Positions 1-8,894 of a stretch of 64,000 bases of DNA are shown here, one piece after another. The stretch is from Candidatus Bathyarchaeota archaeon (lineage in GTDB: Archaea; Thermoproteota; Bathyarchaeia; TCS64), in contig JBFYNQ010000076.1 of the NCBI GenBank assembly GCA_041304265.1, forward strand, positions 6,821 through 70,820, given 5' to 3'. How positions within the stretch are numbered: the first letter of the stretch is position 1; every line of letters starts with the position of its first letter. The translations under genes were made by a program, and so were the position numbers. Below the pieces are notes generated by a model, which saw only the letters and a program-made list of their open reading frames with translations, made no database searches and was not told the origin of the DNA.

Positions 1-181
1 AGTAAGTTACATCGATATTTTCTTGATCCAGCATTTTTACAAGATTATATTCGATCACTAATCTAGTCTCTATGTTATATTTAATATCTTCATATTGTGA
101 CTGACAGTAAGTTATATAATACCTTTGAGATAGAACTAATATAATAAATAGAATTAAAAAAGAAGTTAATTTCTTATTCAT
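1..181 (-). CDS. hypothetical secreted/membrane-anchored protein, N-terminal 60 aa only (gene runs off window start)
   Basis: Own translation of the minus strand from ATG (181-179): MNKKLTSFLILFIILVLSQRYYITYCQSQYEDIKYNIETRLVIEYNLVKMLDQENIDVTY..., open to position 1. It is too short in-window for the ORF track. KK followed by a hydrophobic stretch resembles a signal or anchor. Confidence 0.3.
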   Translation of the reverse strand, partial: MNKKLTSFLILFIILVLSQRYYITYCQSQYEDIKYNIETRLVIEYNLVKMLDQENIDVTY

Positions 182-465
182 TTCTACCACCATTAGGCAT
201 ATATATTATCAGGATAAACCTGTTTAAAGACGATTTATACTTTTTGCATATTTCAGAAATGAGAATCTGAGCGAGTAATAAAACACGATTCTTTTATATC
301 TTTAAAAAATTGAAATCTTGCATAATAACGGGCATATAACAATATTAAATTAATTCAATTGCTTGATCAAATATTAAGAAAATTAGCCGAATTATTGATA
401 AAAATCACATAAAAAGTCATCTAGGAGTCCTTGCCCTTATAAAGGAAAGATTGATATTTTTTGAC

Positions 466-1905
466 ATGACTCATCGGGAAAATTCTGTTTCTTTGTTTTT
501 AAAATCGTTATTGATTTTAGTAGTAATAGGATCGGTTCTTGCTCCTCAACTAAGTGCACTTGGAGCTACAAGTACAATCACAATCACATCAAATGTGTTA
601 ACAACAAATGAATACTCCATCGGGTTCCAACTGACTGGAGCCGATGCATGGAAATGGCAGTCCAGTTCAACTCTCCAAGCCTTATCAAAGAATATGAATA
701 CTCAATATGTGCGTTTTTTTAACAATCTTTTCGAACCGTGTACCCAATGGTACGAAAGCACCAAGACGGGTAAATGGGACTGGACAGAGGTAGACAAACA
801 GGTAAAGGCAATTTTTGCGATTGGAGCTGAACCAATCATAGTATTAGGGTTTTACAGTTGGACATCAAAGTCGCTCCAAGTACCAAATGGGATGGTTAAG
901 CGTTCGGACACAGGGCTACCATCGCCTGAAAGTTGGGCGGCTTACTGTAAGGCCTGGGTGAGTCATTTTAAACAACTAAATCTTCCCGTGAGATACTATG
1001 AGGTTTTCAACGAACCCTTCAACTACTGGAAAGTTGACGGCTGGCCTGCTCCTCAACCAAAGCTTGGCTATTTCACCACATTGTTCGATGCTGCCGCACG
1101 CGCTATGCGTGCAGCGGATTCTAATGTCAAAGTTGGTAACGATGCATGCATAATGAAGGCGGTACTGGACTATCTCATTGTCAAAAATGTGAAAATCGAT
1201 TTCCTCAGCTATCATAACTACGCCACTAGCACAATATCGACATCAGACGCAGATGTTTTCAAATCAGCTGAGACGAAGTATCTGACGGATAGTGGTAGTT
1301 ACTATGGCGTAAGTAAGGCACGCAGCGTCTACAAGGCAGCAGTTGGAGTGAATTTACCCGTCCTGATCACTGAAGGTAATTTGAATTACACTTATACTAG
1401 TGGCACGGATCCTCGGATCCAGAAAATGGCCGGTGCGGTTTACCAAGCGTTGAGAATAAAAACCGCGGTGTTAAACAACTTCGTTACCGACATATACTTC
1501 CATTATGCCAGCAGTGCAAACGCAGAAAAAACGAAGTCTACGAAGGGATATGGCTTCGGAATGATTAACACCGACACTTCAAAGCCCTGGTATCCTTATT
1601 ATGTCATGCAACTGGTTGGCTCGAATCTATCTGTTGGCGATAAAGTATACGAAGTTCAAAGTGGGTTAAGCGGGATTACTGGTTTCTCATGGATCCACGG
1701 AGAGGTCAAGAATATCTTGCTAATTAACAAAGTCACAACCCAGAACACCATAACCATCAAAGGGGTATCTTCTCAGATGACTTATTTTAAACTCGATAAC
1801 TCAATCTCTTATACTTCCCCAAGTGTTCAAAAGGGCACGGTAAACCCCTCCACCCCAATTACTCTTAATGGTTACACAGTAATGCTGTTACAAGTTAAAG
1901 TATAA
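466..1905 (+). CDS. secreted clan GH-A (TIM-barrel) glycoside hydrolase, family not assignable by eye
   Basis: Track ORF 451..1905; the first ATG is at 466. It has an N-terminal signal-like segment (LFLKSLLILVVIGSVLAPQLSALGA). The acid/base-type motif YYEVFNEP and the nucleophile-type motif VLITEGN lie ~120 aa apart, as in GH5/GH30/GH39-type enzymes. Confidence 0.6.
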   Translation: MTHRENSVSLFLKSLLILVVIGSVLAPQLSALGATSTITITSNVLTTNEYSIGFQLTGADAWKWQSSSTLQALSKNMNTQYVRFFNNLFEPCTQWYESTKTGKWDWTEVDKQVKAIFAIGAEPIIVLGFYSWTSKSLQVPNGMVKRSDTGLPSPESWAAYCKAWVSHFKQLNLPVRYYEVFNEPFNYWKVDGWPAPQPKLGYFTTLFDAAARAMRAADSNVKVGNDACIMKAVLDYLIVKNVKIDFLSYHNYATSTISTSDADVFKSAETKYLTDSGSYYGVSKARSVYKAAVGVNLPVLITEGNLNYTYTSGTDPRIQKMAGAVYQALRIKTAVLNNFVTDIYFHYASSANAEKTKSTKGYGFGMINTDTSKPWYPYYVMQLVGSNLSVGDKVYEVQSGLSGITGFSWIHGEVKNILLINKVTTQNTITIKGVSSQMTYFKLDNSISYTSPSVQKGTVNPSTPITLNGYTVMLLQVKV

Positions 1906-2169
1906 CGCTTTAATCTCTAGGAAATAAATTATTACTTACGTGCTCCCCTTCAGTCGAAATTACATAGAACACTAAACAAGACAATTTACACGTAATAGTT
2001 ATTTGAATAAATAATAGGGGTAAATAAAATGTATGCATCTAAAGGTAAATAACATAAGTACTAAAACACTCACTCTACGATCGTGTAATACCAGTAGAAG
2101 AAGAAAACAATGCAAATCACTCCGATGTCTAACATGAGCTCATATAATACACGGAGGGTCAGCACACCC

Positions 2170-2627
2170 TTAACCAACAGCTTTCAGTTTTAGGGTTACA
2201 CGTGACTTTTGTGCCTGCCTTGCCAGCATAGCGAGCATGATGATGAATAGCCCCACCTCAACAATGGTCTCAGCCACCCCACTGAGCTTTAGAAAGGATG
2301 GCGCTGCGAAGCCAGCTGTCGTAAGTGGCCAGAATAGCTGTATTCTTTCGTAGTTGGCGACAAAGTAGTCTGCTATGAGATGTGAGAGTAAGACTGCGAA
2401 GTACAGGTATCCGCTGCGTAAGAGTAGAAACAACGGCACAAAAAGAGCGACAACGACAAGCAGACTGTGGGTTGGCCCCCTATGGATGATGACCCCCGGA
2501 AAAAGAAGTCAAAGTCCGGCGCCATTGAGATCAAGAGCGCAATTGGCACAATTAGCCTCTCACGCGAATATTTGCCCACAAAATAGGCTGAGAAGTACCC
2601 CAGGGCTAGATGGCCCAGTAGCCACAT
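2170..2627 (-). pseudogene. membrane-bound metal-dependent hydrolase (DUF457/YdjM-like), interrupted by a single frameshift
   Basis: Track ORFs 2373..2627 and 2170..2439 are two halves of one gene. Frame A reads MWLLGHLALGY...MAPDFDFFF. Shifting one base in the T5/G5 run (minus strand; plus coordinates ~2493-2504) continues PGVIIHRGPTHSLLVVVALFVPLFLLLRSGYLYFAVLLSHLIADYF..., which restores the family HRGxTHS and H..aD motifs. Confidence 0.7.
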
Positions 2628-2769
2628 GAGCCAACCTATACACTCCCGTCATATAAACCGGAAATGCCCCGATGTGTCACACCAATTATCGCGTACCTAC
2701 GAGAGACTGTGCACATCCGTGCGCTTATCTCCCTAAATCCCTAAGAAAAAGGGCATACGCATAAACTAA

Positions 2770-3708
2770 TTACAACTTTACTTCCCGACTAGTTTTCACC
2801 GATGTTAGTGCAGCCTCACATATCGTTAAGGCACTCAACCCATCAGAGCCAGTAACCTGCAACTCTTCATCTTTCTCTATAGCATTGATGAATGAAATCA
2901 ACTCGAGGCGCAACGGCTCCACAATTGGGAAATAAGGCCGAATCATCTGGGTCTCGTTCTCGATGGTAATCTCCTGATTCGTATACTCAACGTTGATTAT
3001 CCCTTGAGTCCCAGTTATCGTGAGCGTCCTTATCCGCCGAGGCGTCAACCAGTTGGTTTCAACGATGGCGTTCCTATTTCCCGGGTATGTGATGTTAATA
3101 TTCGCATAGTCCTCATACCTATGCTTAATATTACCAGCGATGGCAAAAACCGTCTTCGCCTTGTCCTTAAACAGGTGGTTAATTATATCGACGTCATGGA
3201 TGGCGAGATCCTTGATGACTCCAACGTCGCCAATGCGCGGTGGACGACGACTCACCCTGCGTGTATGCGCCAAGACGACATCCCCAATCTCCCCGTTGTT
3301 GACACACTTAATAGCCTCCTGGACTGCTGGGTTGAATCGTTCGACGAATCCAACCGTCAACTTAACGCCCTTCTTCTCAGCTGCTTCAATGAGGCTCCTC
3401 GCCTGTTCCGTAGTGTCAGTCATTGGCTTTTCCACGAGAACATGTTTCCCAGCCATAATAGCAGTCATCGCGAGATCATAATGGGTAACCGTGGGAGTAC
3501 AGATGTTGACGACTTGGATGTCAGGGTTCTCCAGCACTACCATCGGATCGCTATGCCACTCTGTGTGATGCTTCTGAGCAATCTCTCGAGCCCTCTTCTC
3601 GTCCGTGTCAACGACAGCTAATAGCTTAGTGTTAGGAAGCTCCGAATAGACCCTCGCATGGTTAGACCCCCAGACTCCACAACCAAACACGGCAACATTT
3701 GTCGTCAA
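2770..3708 (-). CDS. Gfo/Idh/MocA family NAD(P)-dependent oxidoreductase
   Basis: N-terminal Rossmann segment VAVFGCGVWGSNHARVY. Family EKP motif (HVLVEKPM). Length is 312 aa. Confidence 0.75.
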   Translation of the reverse strand: MTTNVAVFGCGVWGSNHARVYSELPNTKLLAVVDTDEKRAREIAQKHHTEWHSDPMVVLENPDIQVVNICTPTVTHYDLAMTAIMAGKHVLVEKPMTDTTEQARSLIEAAEKKGVKLTVGFVERFNPAVQEAIKCVNNGEIGDVVLAHTRRVSRRPPRIGDVGVIKDLAIHDVDIINHLFKDKAKTVFAIAGNIKHRYEDYANINITYPGNRNAIVETNWLTPRRIRTLTITGTQGIINVEYTNQEITIENETQMIRPYFPIVEPLRLELISFINAIEKDEELQVTGSDGLSALTICEAALTSVKTSREVKL

Positions 3709-4087
3709 AGACTATTCCTTAACGGCTCATACTCTCCCCATAATAAATGAATTATGAATCAAACATATTCCTATTTAGCTCAACACGCGCCTCGCGCGCA
3801 ATGTTACAGAACTATCATTACATTATCTCCTTTGAAGAGGTGAAACACATGTCCACATAATTATGGATGACTGATGCAAGCTCATTCACAAAATCGCGCG
3901 CGCTCAACACGATGTGTTAGGTCTATGAGCAATACTTTGATCTCCGTGCTCGACCCGTAAGCCAAGTTAAGTGCACACATCAAAATCCCCCCATAGGGCT
4001 ATAGAGTAGATAGATCGGGTGCGCGCCGAGACCTCCGTTTTCTATCATTAAATCTCAGAAAGTTCTTAATACCTGCTAAATATACGG

Positions 4088-4450
4088 TTAACGGTTTTCT
4101 CCGTTATTTTTACTAAGATATTTGCTTAAGGTCTTCGCCTTCTCAATTGTGGTTGCCATATGGTCAAGCTTGGGCTCCTTATGGATCTCAACTTCGCCTA
4201 TGCATTCAGGACAGAGGAGCAGGTCGTTGTAGCCAGAAGGAGTGGTCACCTGTAAGCCGTGGACGCTACATTTGAAAAGATAATTGTCGAGCTGACCCTT
4301 GCCCCGCGATATGGAGCCGAGTTTAACGTAGCCCTGTAGCTCGAAGCGGATTGATTCTAAAAAGCCGAGCTTGTAGATCTTGTAGTGGTTTTTAGGCTCA
4401 ATCTGCCTCTTGTCTTGGATTGACCTCAATATCTGTATCTCGGAGGCCAA
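4088..4450 (-). CDS. hypothetical protein with Cys/His cluster (possible zinc ribbon)
   Basis: 120-aa ORF with a TTG start. Contains CSVHG-x16-CPEC. No family recognised. Confidence 0.4.
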   Translation of the reverse strand: MASEIQILRSIQDKRQIEPKNHYKIYKLGFLESIRFELQGYVKLGSISRGKGQLDNYLFKCSVHGLQVTTPSGYNDLLLCPECIGEVEIHKEPKLDHMATTIEKAKTLSKYLSKNNGENR

Positions 4451-4656
4451 AGTAGGTTCAAGGTATTTTGGTTGTTCTGATTATAAACTTGTTATGGAGC
4501 ACTGATACCTATTAGTGGGACACACGCGACTACAAGGGCTTTACAAAACACGTTGCACCTGGCTCATCTGGAGGCTGCAAGTACCAAGTGACAAAGCGCG
4601 TATTAACGCGTGCGCTGCCACAGGAAGAACTCTATAAAACGTAACTATGTTAATAA

Positions 4657-4959
4657 TCATTTTTTAGAAAGCCGTAAAAGAAGAGATCGCACCTGAGATT
4701 CTAGTTCATCTACCTTATTCTTAAGAATTTTAATCTGTTCATCTGGAGATAATTCTATCAATCTCGCATCATCCGTAGCCGCGTATAACCCTGTTTCAAT
4801 ACGTTTAACATATCCCTTTGACTTTAACGCCATAAGTACACTGGCAACCTGATGATAAGTTAGATCGCTATTATTTGTAATCTCACGTATAGACATTGGT
4901 TTGTTATATTGGAGTAAAAGTTGGACAATAGCGTTTTGTTTAGGCGCAGATGACATCAT
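4657..4959 (-). CDS. small winged-helix DNA-binding protein with C-terminal coiled coil
   Basis: wHTH-like segment MSIREITNNSDLTYHQVASVLMALKSKGYVKRIETGLY, followed by the heptad-like EQIKILKNKVDELESQVRSLLLRL. Confidence 0.5.
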   Translation of the reverse strand: MMSSAPKQNAIVQLLLQYNKPMSIREITNNSDLTYHQVASVLMALKSKGYVKRIETGLYAATDDARLIELSPDEQIKILKNKVDELESQVRSLLLRLSKK

Positions 4960-5019
4960 CCTAGTAGTCCCCGGTATTCGTTCTTACCTTGATACCATGA
5001 GAAAATAAGCTTAACGCAA

Positions 5020-5709
5020 TTACTTTTCTTCCTCAATAACAATATTGCCGCATTTCGTGCATACGGTTGATCCCACATCAAGTAGTTTTCCACAGCTAGG
5101 ACAGTATTTAAACTCCTTCAACTGCAACCTTCTTTCTCTAATGGCCCCCTCTTGTGAAAGCTGAAAAATTGCCCCTAACATCAATGATAGTAAAACAAAG
5201 ATACCCAGCCCATTATAATTCCATATACCGGTAAAAATCCCTCCATAAGCAATGAAAATTGAACCTATTCCCGTTGAAAGCACAATATATCCAAGTTTAT
5301 AATAACGGTAACCCGCTAAGAAAGATACAAGGAAAGAAAGCAGCAACGCAGGATAATTATAAACTGTCTGAAAAACAGCATAGGTTAGCCTCCACTCCGT
5401 AATCATTTGATACGAGGTGAAACCAGAAACGATTAAAGCACCAATTATTCCACTGGTAAAAGCAATTGATACCCTCATATAGATAAAAAAAAGTAACAAA
5501 AAACTAAAACCAGTTATTAAAAGGATGACAACTCTAAACAAAAAATCAAGATGAAATAATTGAGAACCAACAAAATCCCCAACTACTAATCCAAAAACAA
5601 AACCCGAGATCCCAACAATCTGCTGATGAATCTTCCAACCCAACGCCTCGATTCCAAATCCTATCAGTATTAAGGTAATTCCATAAAAAAATTCAGCTCT
5701 AATCATCAT
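5020..5709 (-). CDS. polytopic membrane protein with C-terminal zinc ribbon
   Basis: About six hydrophobic helices, then CPSC-x10-CTKC at the C-terminus. Confidence 0.55.
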   Translation of the reverse strand: MMIRAEFFYGITLILIGFGIEALGWKIHQQIVGISGFVFGLVVGDFVGSQLFHLDFLFRVVILLITGFSFLLLFFIYMRVSIAFTSGIIGALIVSGFTSYQMITEWRLTYAVFQTVYNYPALLLSFLVSFLAGYRYYKLGYIVLSTGIGSIFIAYGGIFTGIWNYNGLGIFVLLSLMLGAIFQLSQEGAIRERRLQLKEFKYCPSCGKLLDVGSTVCTKCGNIVIEEEK

Positions 5710-6069
5710 AATACATGGTGGTTAGACTATCGGCGATTAAACCTTTTTATGAAAAAAGGGCATAAAATTAACGACCGGAAAGGGATTAAGACCAAGGCCC
5801 TATATGATTTACGCTCTTTCTTTCCTAGAGTATAATGAACAAGCAGGCCTCAAGTATCCGTGAACGCGAATTTTCTCTGTTTTGCAAGTAACTCACTGCT
5901 AACGTCACCAAAATTGATAGCTGTATGACCTGGCTTACGTCAAGAGAAAATAGGCCGAAGATGAGTAATTGATACCGATCTTAATTAATAAGTAATTGAG
6001 ACGAACACTCACAATTTCTAAATCTTATGCGAGTAAAATATCTAAAATAAATTGCCGGGGATTCAAGGG

Positions 6070-6178
6070 TGGTGCCGGGAATGGGAATTGAACCCATGGT
6101 CTCTATCCGGCTAAGGCACTGGTGCCTAAACCTCTGGATCATGAGTCCAGCGCATTAGCCAAGCTATGCTACCCCGGC
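6070..6178 (-). tRNA. tRNA with CAU anticodon (elongator Met or Ile2 type), carrying a ~31-nt insert 3' of the anticodon arm; CCA encoded
   Basis: Hand fold of the minus strand. Acceptor GCCGGGG/UCCCGGC (7 bp, one G-U). D arm GCAU-AGCUUGGCUA-AUGC. Anticodon arm CUGGA-CUCAUGA-UCCAG (anticodon CAU). T arm AUGGG-UUCAAUU-CCCAU. Discriminator A followed by CCA. There are 36 nt between the anticodon stem and the T stem, where 5 are expected. The anticodon stem lacks the three G-C pairs of initiator tRNAs. Confidence 0.85.
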
Positions 6179-6202
6179 CCTTCTGACAGGTACACGCTTC
6201 CC

Positions 6203-6212
6203 TAATTTAAAT
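6203..6212 (-). promoter_or_regulatory. TATA-box-like element upstream of the tRNA
   Basis: Minus strand reads ATTTAAATTA, centred ~30 nt upstream of tRNA position 1. Confidence 0.4.
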
Positions 6213-6231
6213 CCTGATGCCCTGGCTAAAC

Positions 6232-7422
6232 CTAGACAAGTTTAGGCTCACTGATGGCGACGGGCTTTCCGCCTCGATAGTAGACTCGGGGAGTGAGCGG
6301 GTTCAGCCCAACCATGAGGCTGTAGGTCATTATCCCCGCAAGCTCGGCGACCATATGTGGGTCGTTCGCGCCATCGCGGCCGATAGCCTCGACAATGCTA
6401 CCAACCTCAGCGTCCGTTCCATCCAAGTCGACAAGGAAGTGGTTTACCGAGACTGTGCCGAGGACCGGCTTCACGAATCCATCTACTTTCACGAGCCCCT
6501 TCTTCGTGAGGCCTCTTGGGAAGCCGTCCGAGTAGCCTATATGAACCGTCCCAATTTTCATCCTCTTCGGGGCCGTGAATCGCCTGCTGTATGTAAGCGA
6601 CTCGCCTTCTTCGACCCACTTCACCTGCTCTATCCTCGCCTTAAAGGTGAAAGCTAGCTGTAAGTCCAAGCCTGTGTCCCTGTCCTCAGGGTCAGGATAG
6701 AAGCCATAGAGCATGAAGCCGGGGCGCACAGCGTCGAGGAACGTGAAAGGCCGGTGGAAGACGGCGTTACCACTCGCCATACTCCGTGTCCCATAACGGA
6801 TGTTGAGCCGGTCGAGCTCGCCGCTAATTGTCTTCATGCGCTCAACCTGCACCTTATCCAGCTCATCACTCTCGGACATCGTGGAGAAGAGACCCGTTAT
6901 CTCAACGTTTGGCAGCTTTGAGACGTACTTGATCAGCTCGACTGCCTCACCCCAGCGGACGCCGACCCTGCCTAAGCCTGTGTCAATCTTCACCCATGCC
7001 GCTGCCTTCTTCCCCAGCTTAGACGCTGCCGCGTTGAGTGCGTCGGCCGTCGCCTTCTGGTAGATGGTGTGGGTGATTCCCCGCTTAACCAGCTTCTCGT
7101 ACAGCTCCTCTGCAAAGAGGGGGTCCATGGAGACGATTCCGCAGTCGAGGCCAGCGTCCCGCAGCTGCTCCGCCTCCCAGAGCTTCGCCACAAGCACCCT
7201 CTTGACCCCTTGAGCCATCATATGGGCGACGACGGGGACAATGCCGTGCCCGTAGGCGTTCGTCTTGACACAGGGGATGACCTCAACGCCCACACGCCTC
7301 CTAACGACCTCGAGGTTATGGGTGACGGCGTCAAGGTCAACCTCGATCCAGGAGGTAAAACCTTCAATACGCTTAGCTATCTCGTTGAGTGGGGGTTGAG
7401 AGGCGAAGAACTTCTCGTCCAA
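6232..7422 (-). CDS. alr: alanine racemase (PLP fold type III)
   Basis: PLP-lysine motif PCVKTNAYGHG near the N-terminus. C-terminal domain motif VHIGYSDGFPR. Length 396 aa. Confidence 0.8.
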   Translation of the reverse strand: MDEKFFASQPPLNEIAKRIEGFTSWIEVDLDAVTHNLEVVRRRVGVEVIPCVKTNAYGHGIVPVVAHMMAQGVKRVLVAKLWEAEQLRDAGLDCGIVSMDPLFAEELYEKLVKRGITHTIYQKATADALNAAASKLGKKAAAWVKIDTGLGRVGVRWGEAVELIKYVSKLPNVEITGLFSTMSESDELDKVQVERMKTISGELDRLNIRYGTRSMASGNAVFHRPFTFLDAVRPGFMLYGFYPDPEDRDTGLDLQLAFTFKARIEQVKWVEEGESLTYSRRFTAPKRMKIGTVHIGYSDGFPRGLTKKGLVKVDGFVKPVLGTVSVNHFLVDLDGTDAEVGSIVEAIGRDGANDPHMVAELAGIMTYSLMVGLNPLTPRVYYRGGKPVAISEPKLV

Positions 7423-7503
7423 TTGCTGTCGCAGAATAGGTGGCGCTTCCCCGTTTAACGCATTCGTCCAGAGGATAAACCAAGAAATGAAGATATAGAA
7501 GTT

Positions 7504-8769
7504 CTACTTCTTCACCGGGGCGGCCTCAGTCTTCCCCTTAACCGCGCCGTGTGGCTCTGGAACCCAGAGCTGCACGACGAACAGGGCTAGGGCAGCGAAT
7601 CCCGCAGCGGTTAGGAAGACCATGTTGAAGCCAAAGGCATCAATGATCAAGCCGCCAAAGATGGAGCCTATTGTCGAGCTTTCCTGGCTGATGGTCGAGT
7701 AGAGTCCCATACCGAACCCCCTCACCTGTGGGGCTAGGAGGTCAGCTGTATAGACCCTGATAGAGTTGAGTACGACTACCGTCGCGATGGCATCTAGCGC
7801 CCTGACTATGTAGATATCAAAGGAACCCTTCATCTGCGTGTAGGCAAAGAGCGAGATAACAGTCAGAACCATCCCAAGGAGAAACGTTGGCTTTCTGCCG
7901 TAGCGGTCCGCCATCCAACCCGCCACAGGAGCGAACATTAGCGTACAGATCGCCCTCAACGCGTAAACATAGCTCACAGACGACATGTCGAGTTTGAGCT
8001 CGGTCTTTAGGTAGATGCTCAAGAAGGGATCGAACATAGTATAACCCGTCCTGTAGAGGAGAATGGAAACGAGCAGTATCAGGAAGGCGGCGCCGAGAAG
8101 TTTCACCGAACTTAGAAAACCACCGACACTCAGAGCCTTCCCCTTCTCACGGACGACACGCTGCTCAACAGGCAATGTCTCCTTAACAAGGAATATCATG
8201 CTAACTACGCTAATTACAACAAAGGCTCCCGAGAAGAGGAAGTAGACAGTGTAGTCACTCCCCTGAATCATATACGGGGCAGACAGTGGCCCGATGAGCT
8301 GGCCTATCCCACCCGCCATAGAGAAGAGCGCCATCATTCTCCCACGCTGCTTAGTCGGGAAAATGTCGGCACACATAGCACCTACAAGGACAGGCATCAC
8401 GTAGAATCCTATACCCTCAAAGAAGCGGAGAGCGAAGAAGGTGTTAAAGTCCTTTCCGAGAAACGCGAATAGGAAGAAAACGACAGCGTAGACAGCGGTT
8501 CCACCAACGAGAAACCATTTGCGCCCATAATTGTCGCTGAACTTTCCGGCGATGAGTCCACTAAAGACCCCCGCCAGGGTGCCTATAGAGATGAGAATGC
8601 CGCTCTCCGAGTTACTCATGCCATACTCCGCGAAGAAAAGTGGCAAAACCATGTAGATCGTCGAGGCGGTGATCTGCATCGAGACCACTGAGAGGATGAT
8701 AAAGTAGTAGTTGCGACGCTGTTGCGGCGTGACCGTCTCATCCGGCGAATGGTCCACCCTTGTTGACAC
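7504..8769 (-). CDS. MFS transporter
   Basis: Roughly 12 hydrophobic segments. MFS loop motif GKFSDNYGRK. Clear paralog of the next gene. Confidence 0.8.
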   Translation of the reverse strand: MSTRVDHSPDETVTPQQRRNYYFIILSVVSMQITASTIYMVLPLFFAEYGMSNSESGILISIGTLAGVFSGLIAGKFSDNYGRKWFLVGGTAVYAVVFFLFAFLGKDFNTFFALRFFEGIGFYVMPVLVGAMCADIFPTKQRGRMMALFSMAGGIGQLIGPLSAPYMIQGSDYTVYFLFSGAFVVISVVSMIFLVKETLPVEQRVVREKGKALSVGGFLSSVKLLGAAFLILLVSILLYRTGYTMFDPFLSIYLKTELKLDMSSVSYVYALRAICTLMFAPVAGWMADRYGRKPTFLLGMVLTVISLFAYTQMKGSFDIYIVRALDAIATVVVLNSIRVYTADLLAPQVRGFGMGLYSTISQESSTIGSIFGGLIIDAFGFNMVFLTAAGFAALALFVVQLWVPEPHGAVKGKTEAAPVKK

Positions 8770-8894
8770 GACTCAGGTACGGGGCTACATTCCAGATATT
8801 AACATTTCGTCTAGCATATGTATGAACACTTACTCACTGAACGATGTAAGTATCCACAAGGGAAATAACAGGGAAAAACAGCGAATCGCGGAGC

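Larger units (their letters stand above)
1..6069. other. AT-rich compositional island abutting the 3' end of the tRNA gene (putative horizontally acquired region; left end outside window)
   Basis: Hand counts of short stretches give ~35-47% G+C here versus ~55-65% in the rest of the window. The switch coincides with the tRNA 3' end at 6070. Spacers are long and AT-rich. The content is accessory-type: a glycosidase, a sugar-type oxidoreductase, and small Zn-ribbon and wHTH proteins. No integrase is present in the visible part. Confidence 0.4.

Noticed and set aside
2375-2629. 84-aa plus-strand ORF
   Set aside because: It is antisense to the DUF457 pseudogene, with a basic low-complexity translation.
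3004-3621. 205-aa and 113-aa plus-strand ORFs
   Set aside because: They are antisense to the well-supported Gfo/Idh/MocA oxidoreductase and contain no motifs.
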